64,000 bases of DNA, taken from Pseudomonas aeruginosa PAO1 (GTDB lineage: Bacteria > Pseudomonadota > Gammaproteobacteria > Pseudomonadales > Pseudomonadaceae). The DNA lies in assembly GCF_000006765.1 (NCBI RefSeq), contig NC_002516.2; one strand, given 5' to 3'. Below the pieces are notes generated by a model. That model was not told the origin of the DNA, searched no databases, and was given only the letters and a program-made list of their open reading frames with translations. Both the position numbers and the translations under genes were made by a program. Positions 10,738 through 21,719 of the stretch are shown piece after piece (position 1 is the first letter of the stretch; each line of letters opens with the position of its first letter).

Positions 10738-12045
10738 ATGACCATGCCTCGCCTCGCCAGCAGCCGCTGGTGGTACATCATGCCGATCGTTTTCGTCACC
10801 TACAGCCTGGCCTACCTGGACCGCGCCAACTACGGCTTCGCCGCCGCCTCCGGGATGGCCGACGACCTGCGGATCACTCCCGGGCTGTCCTCGCTGCTGG
10901 GCGCGCTGTTCTTCCTCGGTTACTTCTTCTTCCAGGTGCCGGGGGCGATCTACGCGGAAAAGCGCAGCGTCAAGAAGCTGATCTTCGTCAGCCTGATCCT
11001 CTGGGGCGGACTGGCCACCCTGACCGGGATGGTCGCCAACGTCTATCTGCTGATCGGCATCCGCTTCCTCCTCGGCGTGGTCGAGGCGGCGGTGATGCCA
11101 GCGATGCTGGTCTACCTCTGCCACTGGTTCACCCGCGCCGAGCGCTCGCGGGCGAACACCTTCCTGATCCTCGGCAACCCGGTGACCATCCTCTGGATGT
11201 CGGTGGTCTCCGGCTACCTGGTGGAGCATTTCAGCTGGCGCTGGATGTTCATCATCGAAGGCCTGCCGGCGGTGATCTGGGCCTTCATCTGGTGGCGCCT
11301 GGTGGATGACCGCCCGCGCCAGGCCGCCTGGCTGAGCGGCTCGGAAAAACGCGACCTGGAAGACGCCCTGGCCGCCGAGCAGCAGGGCATCAAGCCAGTG
11401 AAGAACTACCGCGAGGCGTTCCGTTCGCCAAAGGTCATCGTCCTCTCGCTGCAGTACTTCTGTTGGAGCATCGGCGTCTATGGCTTCGTCCTCTGGCTGC
11501 CGTCGATCCTCAAGCACGGTGCCAACATCGACATCATAGAAGCCGGCTGGCTGTCGGCGCTGCCCTACCTGGCGGCGGTGATCGCCATGCTCGGGGTGTC
11601 CTGGGCCTCGGACCGGTTGCAGAAACGCAAGCGTTTCGTCTGGCCGCCGCTGCTCATCGCGTCCATCGCCTTCTACGGTTCCTACGCCCTCGGCAGCGAG
11701 CACTTCTGGCTGTCCTACGCCCTGCTGGTGCTGGCCGGGGCCTGCATGTACGCGCCCTACGGACCGTTCTTCGCCATCGTCCCGGAAGTCCTCCCGGCCA
11801 ACGTCGCCGGCGGCGCCATGGCGCTGATCAACAGCATGGGCGCGCTGGGCTCGTTCTCCGGCTCCTGGCTGGTCGGCTACCTGAACGGCATCACCGGCGG
11901 GCCCGGGGCTTCCTATCTGTTCATGAGCGGAGCGCTGCTGCTGTCGGTGCTGCTCACCGTGTTCCTCAACCCGCACGCCGACAAGCGCGAGCCCGATGCC
12001 GCTCGCGCGCACGCCTCGCGGCGGGCGGCGCCGGCCCACCCCTGA
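10738..12045 (+). CDS. kguT: MFS 2-ketogluconate transporter
   Basis: YLDRANYGFA (ACS family), about 12 TM segments; ATG after AGGAG. Confidence 0.9.
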   Translation: MTMPRLASSRWWYIMPIVFVTYSLAYLDRANYGFAAASGMADDLRITPGLSSLLGALFFLGYFFFQVPGAIYAEKRSVKKLIFVSLILWGGLATLTGMVANVYLLIGIRFLLGVVEAAVMPAMLVYLCHWFTRAERSRANTFLILGNPVTILWMSVVSGYLVEHFSWRWMFIIEGLPAVIWAFIWWRLVDDRPRQAAWLSGSEKRDLEDALAAEQQGIKPVKNYREAFRSPKVIVLSLQYFCWSIGVYGFVLWLPSILKHGANIDIIEAGWLSALPYLAAVIAMLGVSWASDRLQKRKRFVWPPLLIASIAFYGSYALGSEHFWLSYALLVLAGACMYAPYGPFFAIVPEVLPANVAGGAMALINSMGALGSFSGSWLVGYLNGITGGPGASYLFMSGALLLSVLLTVFLNPHADKREPDAARAHASRRAAPAHP

Positions 12046-12063
12046 CCGACTCCGGAGCATCCG

Positions 12064-13050
12064 ATGAAGAAAGTGGTTCTCTACAAACGTCTCTCCGCGC
12101 CCCTGATGGAACGCCTGCGCGAACGGGTCGAGGTGCTCCTGGTCGAGGAGCCCGGCCGCGACGGCCTGGCCCGCCTGCGCGACGCCCTGCCCGAGGCCCA
12201 CGGCCTGCTCGGCGCCAGCCTGCGCCTGGACGCCGGACTGCTCGACCTGGCACCGCGACTGGAAGCCATCGCCAGCGTCTCGGTGGGCGTCGACAACTAT
12301 GACATCGACTACCTCGACCGCCGCGGCATCCTCCTCAGCAATACCCCCGACGTGCTCACCGAGACCACCGCCGACACCGGCTTCGCGCTGATCCTGGCGA
12401 CAGCCCGGCGGGTAGTGGAACTGGCCGGCTGGGTGCGCGCCGGGGAATGGAAGAAGAGCGTCGGCGCCGCCCAGTTCGGTACCGACGTGCATGGCAAGAC
12501 CCTCGGTATCGTCGGCATGGGCCGCATCGGCGAGGCCCTGGCCCGGCGCGGGCACCACGGCTTCGGCATGCGCGTGCTGTACCACAGCCATAGCCCGAAG
12601 CCCCACGTCGAAGAACGCTACGCAGCGAGCTACCGCCCCCTCGACGCGCTGCTCGAGGAATCCGACTTCGTCTGCCTGACCCTGCCGCTGACCGCCGCCA
12701 CCGAAGGCCTGATCGGTGCCGCGCAGTTCGCCCGGATGCGCCCGCAGGCGATCTTCATCAACATCTCCCGTGGCCGGGTGGTCGACGAGGCGGCCCTGAT
12801 CGAGGCCCTGGCCCAGCGGCGGATCCGCGCCGCCGGCCTCGACGTGTTCGAGCGCGAGCCGCTGTCTCCCGACTCGCCGCTGCTGCGCCTGCCGAACGTG
12901 GTGGCCACTCCCCACATCGGCTCGGCCACCGAGGAAACCCGCGAAGCCATGGCCCGCTGCGCGGTAGACAACCTGCTGGCCGCCCTCGCCGGCGCGCGGC
13001 CGCTGAACCTGGTCAATCCTTCGGCCTGGGCGCGACGGCGAGGCGCCTGA
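12064..13050 (+). CDS. kguD: 2-ketogluconate(-6-P) reductase, D-2-hydroxyacid dehydrogenase family
   Basis: GIVGMGRIG, NISRG, LDVFEREP and TPHIGS motifs. Confidence 0.9.
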   Translation: MKKVVLYKRLSAPLMERLRERVEVLLVEEPGRDGLARLRDALPEAHGLLGASLRLDAGLLDLAPRLEAIASVSVGVDNYDIDYLDRRGILLSNTPDVLTETTADTGFALILATARRVVELAGWVRAGEWKKSVGAAQFGTDVHGKTLGIVGMGRIGEALARRGHHGFGMRVLYHSHSPKPHVEERYAASYRPLDALLEESDFVCLTLPLTAATEGLIGAAQFARMRPQAIFINISRGRVVDEAALIEALAQRRIRAAGLDVFEREPLSPDSPLLRLPNVVATPHIGSATEETREAMARCAVDNLLAALAGARPLNLVNPSAWARRRGA

Positions 13051-13120
13051 AGGCCGCGCCGGGCCGACGCCCGGCGCGCCGTTCTGCTTCACTTGCCGGT
13101 ATTGGCCTGCCTGAATCCTT

Positions 13121-13137
13121 GCTGAAACGTTTTTTCA
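13121..13137. promoter_or_regulatory. LacI-type operator-like site upstream of the gluconate dehydrogenase operon
   Basis: GCTGAAACGTTTTTTCA, with a TATAAT at 13154-13159 just downstream. Confidence 0.55.
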
Positions 13138-13217
13138 ACGTGACACATGAACTTATAATTAGCCTGCTAATCATTATCAGAAAGACGAAACCGTGATGAT
13201 CCAGAGAGGACCCCACC

Positions 13218-13934
13218 ATGCCCGATGACAAGGCCGTCAACGGCCGCCGCGACTTCCTGCGCAAGACCCTGACCGTGATCCCGGCGGTGACCCTGGCCGG
13301 CTATGGCGTCGGCCATGCCATGCAGACGCCCGCCGCCGAGCAGGACAAACCCCGCGAACGCTACCAGCCTCGCTTCTTCACCAACACCGAATGGGCTTTC
13401 GTCAACGCCGCGGTGGCGCGACTGATCCCCAGCGACGACAACGGCCCCGGCGCCATCGAGGCCGGGGTGCCGGAGTTCATCGACCGACAGATGGAAACCC
13501 CCTACGGGCACGGCGCACTCTGGTACATGCAGGGGCCGTTCGTCACCGACGCCGCGCCGGAGTTCGGCCATCAGTTGAAGCTGGTGCCACGCGACATCTA
13601 CCGGGTCGGCATCGCCGCCCTGGAACGCTGGAGCAAGGCCAACCAGGGCAAGCCGTTCGCCGAGCTGGAGCCGTCGGCGCAGGACGACATCCTGCAACGC
13701 CTGGAAGCCGGCCAGATCGACCTGCAGGACCTGCCGGCCAAGCTGCTCTTCGGCCAGTTGCTGCAAAACACCCACGAAGGCTTCTTCTCCGATCCGCAGC
13801 ACGGCGGCAATCGCGGCCTGGTGGGCTGGAAGCTGGTCGGTTTCCCCGGCGCCCGCGCCGACTTCATGGACTGGGCCGACCGCGGCGAGAAGTATCCCTT
13901 CCCGCCGGTGGCGATTTCCGGCGAGAGGGGTTGA
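13218..13934 (+). CDS. Gluconate 2-dehydrogenase subunit 3 (Tat-exported)
   Basis: Twin-arginine GRRDFLRK; EGFFSDPQHGGNRGLVGWKLVGFPG. Confidence 0.9.
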   Translation: MPDDKAVNGRRDFLRKTLTVIPAVTLAGYGVGHAMQTPAAEQDKPRERYQPRFFTNTEWAFVNAAVARLIPSDDNGPGAIEAGVPEFIDRQMETPYGHGALWYMQGPFVTDAAPEFGHQLKLVPRDIYRVGIAALERWSKANQGKPFAELEPSAQDDILQRLEAGQIDLQDLPAKLLFGQLLQNTHEGFFSDPQHGGNRGLVGWKLVGFPGARADFMDWADRGEKYPFPPVAISGERG

Positions 13935-13936
13935 AC

Positions 13937-15712
13937 ATGGCGACGACACTCAAACCGGTGGACGCGGTGGTGGTCGGCTTCGGCTGGACCGGAGCGATCC
14001 TGGCCAAGGAGCTGACCGAGGCCGGGCTCAACGTGGTGGCGCTGGAGCGCGGCGAGAACCGCGATACCTATCCCGACGGTGCCTACCCCAACACCCTCGA
14101 CGAGCTGACCTACAACACCCGCGGCAAGCTGTTCCAGAATCTCTCCAAGAGCACCGTGAGCATCCGCCACGGGATCAACGATACCGCGCTGCCCTACCGC
14201 CAGCTCTCCGCCTTCCTTCCCGGCGACGGCGTCGGTGGCGCCGGCCTGCACTGGTCCGGCGTGCATTTCCGGATCATGCCCGAGGAACTGCGCTTGCGCA
14301 GTCACTACGAGGAACGCTACGGCAAGAAATTCATCCCCGAAGGCATGACCATCCAGGACTACGGGGTCAGCTACGAGGAGCTGGAACCGCACTTCGATTT
14401 CGCCGAGAAGGTCTTCGGCACCTCCGGCACCGCGCATACGGTCAAGGGCCAGGTGGTCGGCAAGGGCAATCCGTTCGCCGCCGACCGCTCGGACGACTTC
14501 CCGCTGCCGGCACTGCGCCAGGTGTACTCCGCGCAACTGTTCCGCAAGGCCGCCGAGGAACTCGGCCTGCACCCCTACGACCTGCCGGCGGCCAACGCTT
14601 CGGGGCCCTGGACCAACCCCTACGGGGTGCAGATGGGGCCGTGCAACTTCTGCGGCTTCTGCAGCGGCTACGCCTGCTACATGTATTCCAAGGCCTCGCC
14701 GAACCTGAACATCCTGCCGGCGCTGCGCCAGACCCCGCTGTTCGAACTGCGCGCCAACTGCAACGTGCTCAAGGTCAACCTCGACAGCGACGGCAGGCAA
14801 GCCACCGGCGTGACCTACGTCGACGCCCAGGGGCGCGAGATCGTGCAGCCGGCGAAGCTGGTGATCATCAGTGCCTTCCAGTTCCACAACGTACGCCTGC
14901 TGCTGCTCTCCGGCATCGGCAAGCCCTATGACCCGCGTACCGGCGAGGGCGTGGTGGGGAAGAACTTCGCCTACCAGAACATGGCCACCATCAAGGCGTT
15001 CTTCGACAAGGACGTGCATACCAACCCCTTCGTCGGCACCGGCGGCGGCGGCGTGGCGGTGGACGACTTCAACGCCGACAACTTCGACCACGGACCGCTG
15101 GGCTTCGTCGGCGGCTCGCCGATGTGGGTCAACCAGGCCGGCTCCAAGCCGATCGGCGGCCTCGCCGTGCCGCCCGGCACGCCGAGCTGGGGCAGCGGCT
15201 GGAAACAGGCGGTCAAGGACGCCTACACGCACACCGTGTCGATGGACGCCCACGGCAGCAACATGACCTACCGCGACAACTACCTCGACCTCGACCCGAC
15301 CTACAAGGACGCCTACGGCCAGCCACTGCTGCGCATGACCTTCGACTGGAAGGACAACGAGATCCGCATGAGCCGCTACGTCACCGAGCACATGCGCAAG
15401 ATCGCCGAAGCGATGAACCCGAAGGCCATCTCGGTGAGCGTCAAGAACTTCGGCGACCACTTCAATACACGGGTCTACCAGACCACCCACCTGCTCGGCG
15501 GGGCGATCATGGGCAGCGATCCGAAGACCAGTGTGCTCAACCGCTACCTGCAGAGCTGGGACGTGCACAACGTCTTCGTCATGGGCGCCTCGGCCTTCCC
15601 CCAGGGCACCGGCTACAACCCCACTGGGCTGGTGGCGGCGCTGGCCTACTGGTCGGCCAAGGCGATCCGCGAGCAATACCTGAAGAACCCCGGTCCGCTG
15701 GTGCAGGCATGA
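13937..15712 (+). CDS. gad: Gluconate 2-dehydrogenase flavoprotein subunit (GMC family)
   Basis: VVVGFGWTG FAD motif, CNFCGFCSGYAC, C-terminal GYNPTG. Confidence 0.92.
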   Translation: MATTLKPVDAVVVGFGWTGAILAKELTEAGLNVVALERGENRDTYPDGAYPNTLDELTYNTRGKLFQNLSKSTVSIRHGINDTALPYRQLSAFLPGDGVGGAGLHWSGVHFRIMPEELRLRSHYEERYGKKFIPEGMTIQDYGVSYEELEPHFDFAEKVFGTSGTAHTVKGQVVGKGNPFAADRSDDFPLPALRQVYSAQLFRKAAEELGLHPYDLPAANASGPWTNPYGVQMGPCNFCGFCSGYACYMYSKASPNLNILPALRQTPLFELRANCNVLKVNLDSDGRQATGVTYVDAQGREIVQPAKLVIISAFQFHNVRLLLLSGIGKPYDPRTGEGVVGKNFAYQNMATIKAFFDKDVHTNPFVGTGGGGVAVDDFNADNFDHGPLGFVGGSPMWVNQAGSKPIGGLAVPPGTPSWGSGWKQAVKDAYTHTVSMDAHGSNMTYRDNYLDLDPTYKDAYGQPLLRMTFDWKDNEIRMSRYVTEHMRKIAEAMNPKAISVSVKNFGDHFNTRVYQTTHLLGGAIMGSDPKTSVLNRYLQSWDVHNVFVMGASAFPQGTGYNPTGLVAALAYWSAKAIREQYLKNPGPLVQA

Positions 15713-15723
15713 GGAGCGCAACG

Positions 15724-17043
15724 ATGAAACCGACAGCCTTCCTCGCCCTCTCCGCCCTCGCCTGCGGCATCGCCCAGGCCGCCGCAGCGCCGGACCCGGC
15801 CCTGGTCAGGCAGGGTGAATACCTGGCCCGCGCCGGCGATTGCGTGGCCTGCCACACCGCCAGGGACGGCAAGCCGTTCGCCGGGGGCCTGCCGATGGAA
15901 ACGCCGATCGGCGCGGTGTACTCGACCAACATCACCCCGGACCGCAAGACCGGCATCGGCGACTACAGCTTCGAGGACTTCGACCGTGCCGTGCGCCACG
16001 GCGTGGCCAGATCCGGCGACACGCTCTACCCGGCGATGCCCTACCCGTCCTACGCGCGAGTCAGCGAAGCGGACATGCGCGCCCTCTACGCCTACTTCAT
16101 GCATGGCGTGGAGCCGGTGGAGCAGCCCAACAAGGCCAGCGACATCCCCTGGCCGCTGTCGATGCGCTGGCCGCTGGCATTCTGGCGCTGGACCTTCGCT
16201 CCCGAGGTGAAGGACTTCCAGGCCGCCGCCGGGCAGGACCCGGTGCTGGCGCGCGGCGCCTACCTGGTCGAAGGCCTTGGCCACTGTGGCGCCTGCCATA
16301 CCCCGCGTGGGCTGGGCATGCAGGAGAAGGCCCTGGCGGCGAGCGATGGCGCGGCCTACCTGTCCGGCAGCGCGCCGCTGGAGAACTGGATCGCCAAGAG
16401 CCTGCGCGGCGACCACCGGACCGGACTGGGCAGCTGGAGCGAAGCCGACCTGGTCAGCTTCCTGCGTACCGGCCGCAGCGAGCGCAGCGCGGTGTTCGGC
16501 GGCATGTCCGACGTGGTGGTGCACAGCATGCAGTACATGACCGACGCCGACCTCACCGCCATCGCCCGCTACCTCAAGTCGCTGCCGCCGGCGGACCCCG
16601 CCGACCAGCCGCACGTCTACGACGAGAGCGTGGCCCAGGCACTGTTCCACGGCGATGACAGCAAGACCGGCGCGGCGCTCTACGTCGACAACTGCGGGGC
16701 CTGCCACCGCACCGACGGCAAGGGCTATGCGCGGGTCTTCCCGGCCCTGGCCGGCAACCCGGTAGTGACCGGCAGCGACCCGACCTCCCTGGTGCACATC
16801 GTGCTCAAGGGCGGCACCCTGCCGGCCACCCACCAGGCACCGTCGAGCTTCACCATGCCGCCGTTCGGCTGGCGGATGAACGACCAGGAGATCGCCGACG
16901 TGGTCAACTTCATCCGCACCAGCTGGGGCAACCAGGCGCCAAGCGTCAGCGTCGACGAGGTCAGGCGCCTGCGCAAGGACACCGGCGCGGCGGCGGTGGG
17001 CGACATTCCGCCGCCGGGATCGGCCGCGGCGGATCGCGGCTGA
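15724..17043 (+). CDS. Gluconate 2-dehydrogenase tri-heme cytochrome c subunit
   Basis: CVACH, CGACH and CGACH. ATG 15724 follows GAGGAG; an alternative ATG is at 15709. Confidence 0.9.
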   Translation: MKPTAFLALSALACGIAQAAAAPDPALVRQGEYLARAGDCVACHTARDGKPFAGGLPMETPIGAVYSTNITPDRKTGIGDYSFEDFDRAVRHGVARSGDTLYPAMPYPSYARVSEADMRALYAYFMHGVEPVEQPNKASDIPWPLSMRWPLAFWRWTFAPEVKDFQAAAGQDPVLARGAYLVEGLGHCGACHTPRGLGMQEKALAASDGAAYLSGSAPLENWIAKSLRGDHRTGLGSWSEADLVSFLRTGRSERSAVFGGMSDVVVHSMQYMTDADLTAIARYLKSLPPADPADQPHVYDESVAQALFHGDDSKTGAALYVDNCGACHRTDGKGYARVFPALAGNPVVTGSDPTSLVHIVLKGGTLPATHQAPSSFTMPPFGWRMNDQEIADVVNFIRTSWGNQAPSVSVDEVRRLRKDTGAAAVGDIPPPGSAAADRG

Positions 17044-17065
17044 GCGCCAGGCCTGCCATTCCAGC

Positions 17066-17089
17066 CCCTCTCCCGCTCGCGGGAGAGGG
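17066..17089. terminator. GC-rich hairpin (REP-like or bidirectional terminator) between convergent genes
   Basis: CCCTCTCCCGC-TC-GCGGGAGAGGG; no U-tract. Confidence 0.5.
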
Positions 17090-17115
17090 TTGCCATACCA
17101 GGCACGGCCACCCCT

Positions 17116-18012
17116 TCACTCATCTCCCAATCGCACATGCCGCCCCAGCTCGTCGAACAACACGACCACCGAGCGCAACGCCCGGCAGTCCGGACGGGTC
17201 AGCAGCCACAGGGCGCTGGCGCAGCCCTCGAGGTCGGCGTCCAGTACCCGCAGGCCGTCGCCGTCGCGTAGCAGGTAGGCAGGGATCGCCGCCAGGCCGA
17301 GGCCGGCGCGGGCCATCTCGGCGACCGCCAGCACGCCGTTGCAGCGGTAGGCCGGCAGCACCCCGGGATAGTGTCGACGACGCCAGACCACGCTCGGGTG
17401 GTCGGGAAGAAAATCGTCCGGGGCGATCCAGTGCAGCATGGCGGGCTCCGTCGCGTCGCGGCCCTCCAGGTAGCGTTCGCTGGCGCAGAGCACGTAGCGC
17501 ACCTCGCCGAGGTTGCGCCCGACCAGGTGTTCCGGCGGCGTGCGGGTCATGCGCAGGGCGATGTCGGCGTCGCGCCGGCTGAGGTTGGCAAAGTCGTTGG
17601 AGGTCGCCAGCTCCAGTTGCAGGGCCGGATAGCCAGGCATGAAGCGCGCCAGCGCCGGCAGCAGCAGGCCATGCAGGACGGCGTCGGAGCAGGTCATGCG
17701 CACGGTACCGCTGAGCACCTCGCGCTCCAGTTCGAGGCCGATGCGCGCCGCCTCCAGCGCCTGCTCCGCCAGTTCCGCCTGCTGCGCCAGACGGCGGGCG
17801 GTCTGGTTCGCCAGGTAGCCGCTGCGGCTTTTGTCGAACAATGCCTTGCCGAGGTTCTTCTCCAGCCGGCGGATGGCCCGGAAGACCGTCGACACATCGA
17901 CCCTGAGCAACTCCGCGGCCCGCGCCAGGCTGCCGCCGCGAACCAGGGCGAGGACCAGGGCAAGATCGGCATGGTCCAGGCGATATTGCAGCGGTGCATT
18001 CATCTTTTGCAT
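17116..18012 (-). CDS. LysR-family transcriptional regulator
   Basis: GGSLARAAELLRVDVSTVFRAIRRLE HTH and RRDADIALR. Start is 18012 or 18003. Confidence 0.9.
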   Translation of the reverse strand: MQKMNAPLQYRLDHADLALVLALVRGGSLARAAELLRVDVSTVFRAIRRLEKNLGKALFDKSRSGYLANQTARRLAQQAELAEQALEAARIGLELEREVLSGTVRMTCSDAVLHGLLLPALARFMPGYPALQLELATSNDFANLSRRDADIALRMTRTPPEHLVGRNLGEVRYVLCASERYLEGRDATEPAMLHWIAPDDFLPDHPSVVWRRRHYPGVLPAYRCNGVLAVAEMARAGLGLAAIPAYLLRDGDGLRVLDADLEGCASALWLLTRPDCRALRSVVVLFDELGRHVRLGDE

Positions 18013-18098
18013 TGGCGCCCATATCGAGTGCGGAAACGCAACTATAGAGTGAGCGCCAGGGCCCGCCAACCGGCGTGGCGAAACTGGAGCGAAAACGG

Positions 18099-19169
18099 AT
18101 GTCCACCCCTCCCGCGGCGCCGCTGCGCATTGCCCTGGTCGGCGACCACGACCCGCACATCACCGCCCACCGGGCGATTCCCCTGGCCCTGCGCCTGGCC
18201 GGCGAGGCACTCGGCCTGGAGATCGCATTCGACTGGCTGGCCAGCGACCGCCTGCCCGCCGAGCCGGCGCTGGAGCGCTATGACGGGTTCTGGTGCGTGC
18301 CGGGCAGCCCCTATCGCGACGCCGACGCGGTGCTGCGCCTGATCGCCCATGCCCGGGGCCGGCGCCGGCCGTTCCTCGGTACCTGCGCCGGCTTCCAGCA
18401 CACGATCCTCGAGTTCGCCCGCAACGCCCTCGGCTGGCAGGCGGCGACCCATGGCGAGGAGCATCCGCACAGCGACCAGGCGGTGATCGCCGCCCTGCCC
18501 TGCGCTCTGCTCGAAGCCCGCGAGGATGTCCGCCTGCTGCGCGGCTCGCGCCTGGCCCTGGCGTATGCCGCCGACTGGATCGAGGCGGACTACCATTGCC
18601 GCTACGCAATCGCCCCGCGCTTCGCCGCGGAACTTACCGGCGGCGCACTGCGGGCCAGCGCCTGGAGCGCCGACGGAGCGATCCGCGCGGTGGAGCTGGA
18701 ACAGCATCCGTTCTTCGTCGCCACCCTGTTCCAACCCGAGCGGGCAGCCCTGGCCGGCGTCCTGCCGCCACTGCCGAAGGCATTCGTCGAGGCGTGCCGG
18801 ACGCAGCGCCGCGACCACCCACGGCGCGGCCCGACACCTTATTACGCAGTGATCTTCAGCTCCCATCGCAGCGCCGTCGACGACGGCTACGCCGAAGCGG
18901 CCGAGCGCATGCTGGAACTGGCCAGCCGCCAGCCGGGCTATCTCGGCGTGGAGTCGGTCCGCGGCGCCAACGGTTTCGGCATCACCGTCTCCTACTGGGA
19001 CAGCGAGGCGGCGATCCGTGCCTGGAGCCGCCACGCGGAGCACCGCGACGCCCAGGCGCGCGGCCGGCACGACTGGTACGCCGGTTTCAGCGCGCGGATC
19101 GCCCGGGTCGAACGCGAATACGCCTTCCCGGCTCAGCCGGACACCGCGCAGTCTCCGGCCTCGTCCTGA
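18099..19169 (+). CDS. CTP-synthase-like class I glutamine amidotransferase domain fused to an ABM-type monooxygenase domain
   Basis: PFLGTCAGFQHTILEFARN resembles the PyrG C-terminal domain. C-terminal YYAVIF...QPGYLGVES...ITVSYWDSEAAI is ABM-like. Confidence 0.8.
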   Translation: MSTPPAAPLRIALVGDHDPHITAHRAIPLALRLAGEALGLEIAFDWLASDRLPAEPALERYDGFWCVPGSPYRDADAVLRLIAHARGRRRPFLGTCAGFQHTILEFARNALGWQAATHGEEHPHSDQAVIAALPCALLEAREDVRLLRGSRLALAYAADWIEADYHCRYAIAPRFAAELTGGALRASAWSADGAIRAVELEQHPFFVATLFQPERAALAGVLPPLPKAFVEACRTQRRDHPRRGPTPYYAVIFSSHRSAVDDGYAEAAERMLELASRQPGYLGVESVRGANGFGITVSYWDSEAAIRAWSRHAEHRDAQARGRHDWYAGFSARIARVEREYAFPAQPDTAQSPASS

Positions 19170-20338
19170 GCCAGCACCCGGAAGCAGGCCAGGGCCAGCA
19201 GCCAGGCCAGCCAGCCGGCGCCGACCGCGACGAGGAAACCGCTGGCGGCGCCGTAGCCCTCCACCACCCAACCGGCCAGCGCCGAGCCCAAGGCCATGCC
19301 GATGCCCAGCCCGGTGATGGCCCAGGTCAGGCCTTCGGTGAGGCGCGCCGGGTCCACCGCGCGCTCGACCAGGCCCATGGCCAGGATCATCGTCGGCGCC
19401 ACGCTGAAGCCGGCCACCAGCACGGTCAGGGCAAGCGCAAGGATGCTCTCCACCCCTAGCAGCGGCATCAGGCTCAGGGCCATCAGCGTAACCATGCAGA
19501 GCAGTTGCCGGGAAAGCACCAGGCGCCAGCGCAGCAGCCCGAACAGCAATCCCGCGAGACATGAGCCGACGGCATAGACCGACAACACCAGGCTTGCCGC
19601 AGCCTTGTTGCCGTGCGCCTCGGCGAAGGCCACGCTGACCACTTCCACCGCGCCGAAGATCACCCCGATGGCGGCCAGCACCAGCGCCAGCACGCGTACC
19701 GCCGGATAGGCCAGCGCGCTGCCGGCGCGGCGCCGCGGATGGGCATGCAGCGGCGGTTCGGTGCCGCGTTGCAGGCTGAACAGGCTCACCCCGGCGACCA
19801 GGAACAGCGTCGCCAGCAGCGGCCCCGCCTCGGCGAACCAGCCGACGCTGAGGCTCACCGCCAGCACCGGCCCGATGATGTAGCACACCTCGTCCATCAC
19901 CGATTCGAAGGAAAACGCCGTGTGCAGCTTCGGCGAGCCCCGGTACAGCTCGGTCCAGCGCGCCCGTACCATGGCCGGCATGCTCGGCATCGCCCCGGCG
20001 AGCAAGGCGAACAGGTAGAGCCAGGCATTCGGCGCTCGATAGTGCGTACACAGCAACAGCGCGCTCATCGACAGGGCGCTGGCCAGCGCGGCCGGGAGCA
20101 GCACCCGGCCCTGGCCGAAGCGGTCCACCAGGCGCGATACCTGCGGCGCGAGCAAGGCATTGCAGAACACGAAGGTGGCCGCCACGGTACCGGCCAGCCA
20201 GTAGTCGGCATGCACCTGGGAAAGCATGGTGACGATGCCCAGGCCGGTCATCGACAGGGGCATCCGCGCCAGCAGGCCGGCGGCTGAAAAGCCCTTGGCG
20301 CCGGGCGCGGCGAACAGTTCGAGATAGGGGTTGCTCAT
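19133..20338 (-). CDS. MFS transporter (probable efflux)
   Basis: About 12 TM segments and the RLVDRFGQGR MFS motif A. Overlaps the convergent upstream gene by 37 bp. Confidence 0.85.
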   Translation of the reverse strand: MSNPYLELFAAPGAKGFSAAGLLARMPLSMTGLGIVTMLSQVHADYWLAGTVAATFVFCNALLAPQVSRLVDRFGQGRVLLPAALASALSMSALLLCTHYRAPNAWLYLFALLAGAMPSMPAMVRARWTELYRGSPKLHTAFSFESVMDEVCYIIGPVLAVSLSVGWFAEAGPLLATLFLVAGVSLFSLQRGTEPPLHAHPRRRAGSALAYPAVRVLALVLAAIGVIFGAVEVVSVAFAEAHGNKAAASLVLSVYAVGSCLAGLLFGLLRWRLVLSRQLLCMVTLMALSLMPLLGVESILALALTVLVAGFSVAPTMILAMGLVERAVDPARLTEGLTWAITGLGIGMALGSALAGWVVEGYGAASGFLVAVGAGWLAWLLALACFRVLAQDEAGDCAVSG

Positions 20339-20397
20339 GGAAAGCCTCGGCTGGCCGGCTCCAGCGGAACCGGCGACGACGGGAGAAGACGAAATTA

Positions 20398-20446
20398 ACA
20401 TACGCTGCGTATGTCAAAAATCATGGAGACATACGCAGCGTATGTC
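20398..20446. promoter_or_regulatory. Tandem TetR operators
   Basis: ACATACGC(T)GCGTATGT at 20398-20414 and ACATACGC(A)GCGTATGT at 20429-20445, between the divergent MFS and TetR genes. Confidence 0.8.
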
Positions 20447-20484
20447 AATTATCCTGAAGCCCCTTCGCCACCCGGAGACCTCGC

Positions 20485-21598
<1,114 letters not shown>

Positions 21599-21719
21599 AC
21601 GGCGGCAAAGGGCTTGACCGGCGGGTGGCGGGTGACGGTACAGTTGCCAACTGCAACAGGATGTTTCAGCACTGCCCCGGACGGGCTTCCGCTCTCCCTC
21701 TTCCCCAGTGTGCCCTTGC

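Noticed and set aside
13072-13081. CGGCGCGCCG resembling a reported PtxR site upstream of the gluconate dehydrogenase operon
   Set aside because: A short all-GC motif is expected by chance in this genome and cannot be supported from sequence alone.
19133-19169. 37-bp overlap of convergent genes as antisense regulation
   Set aside because: Short 3' overlaps are common in GC-rich genomes; no further evidence.
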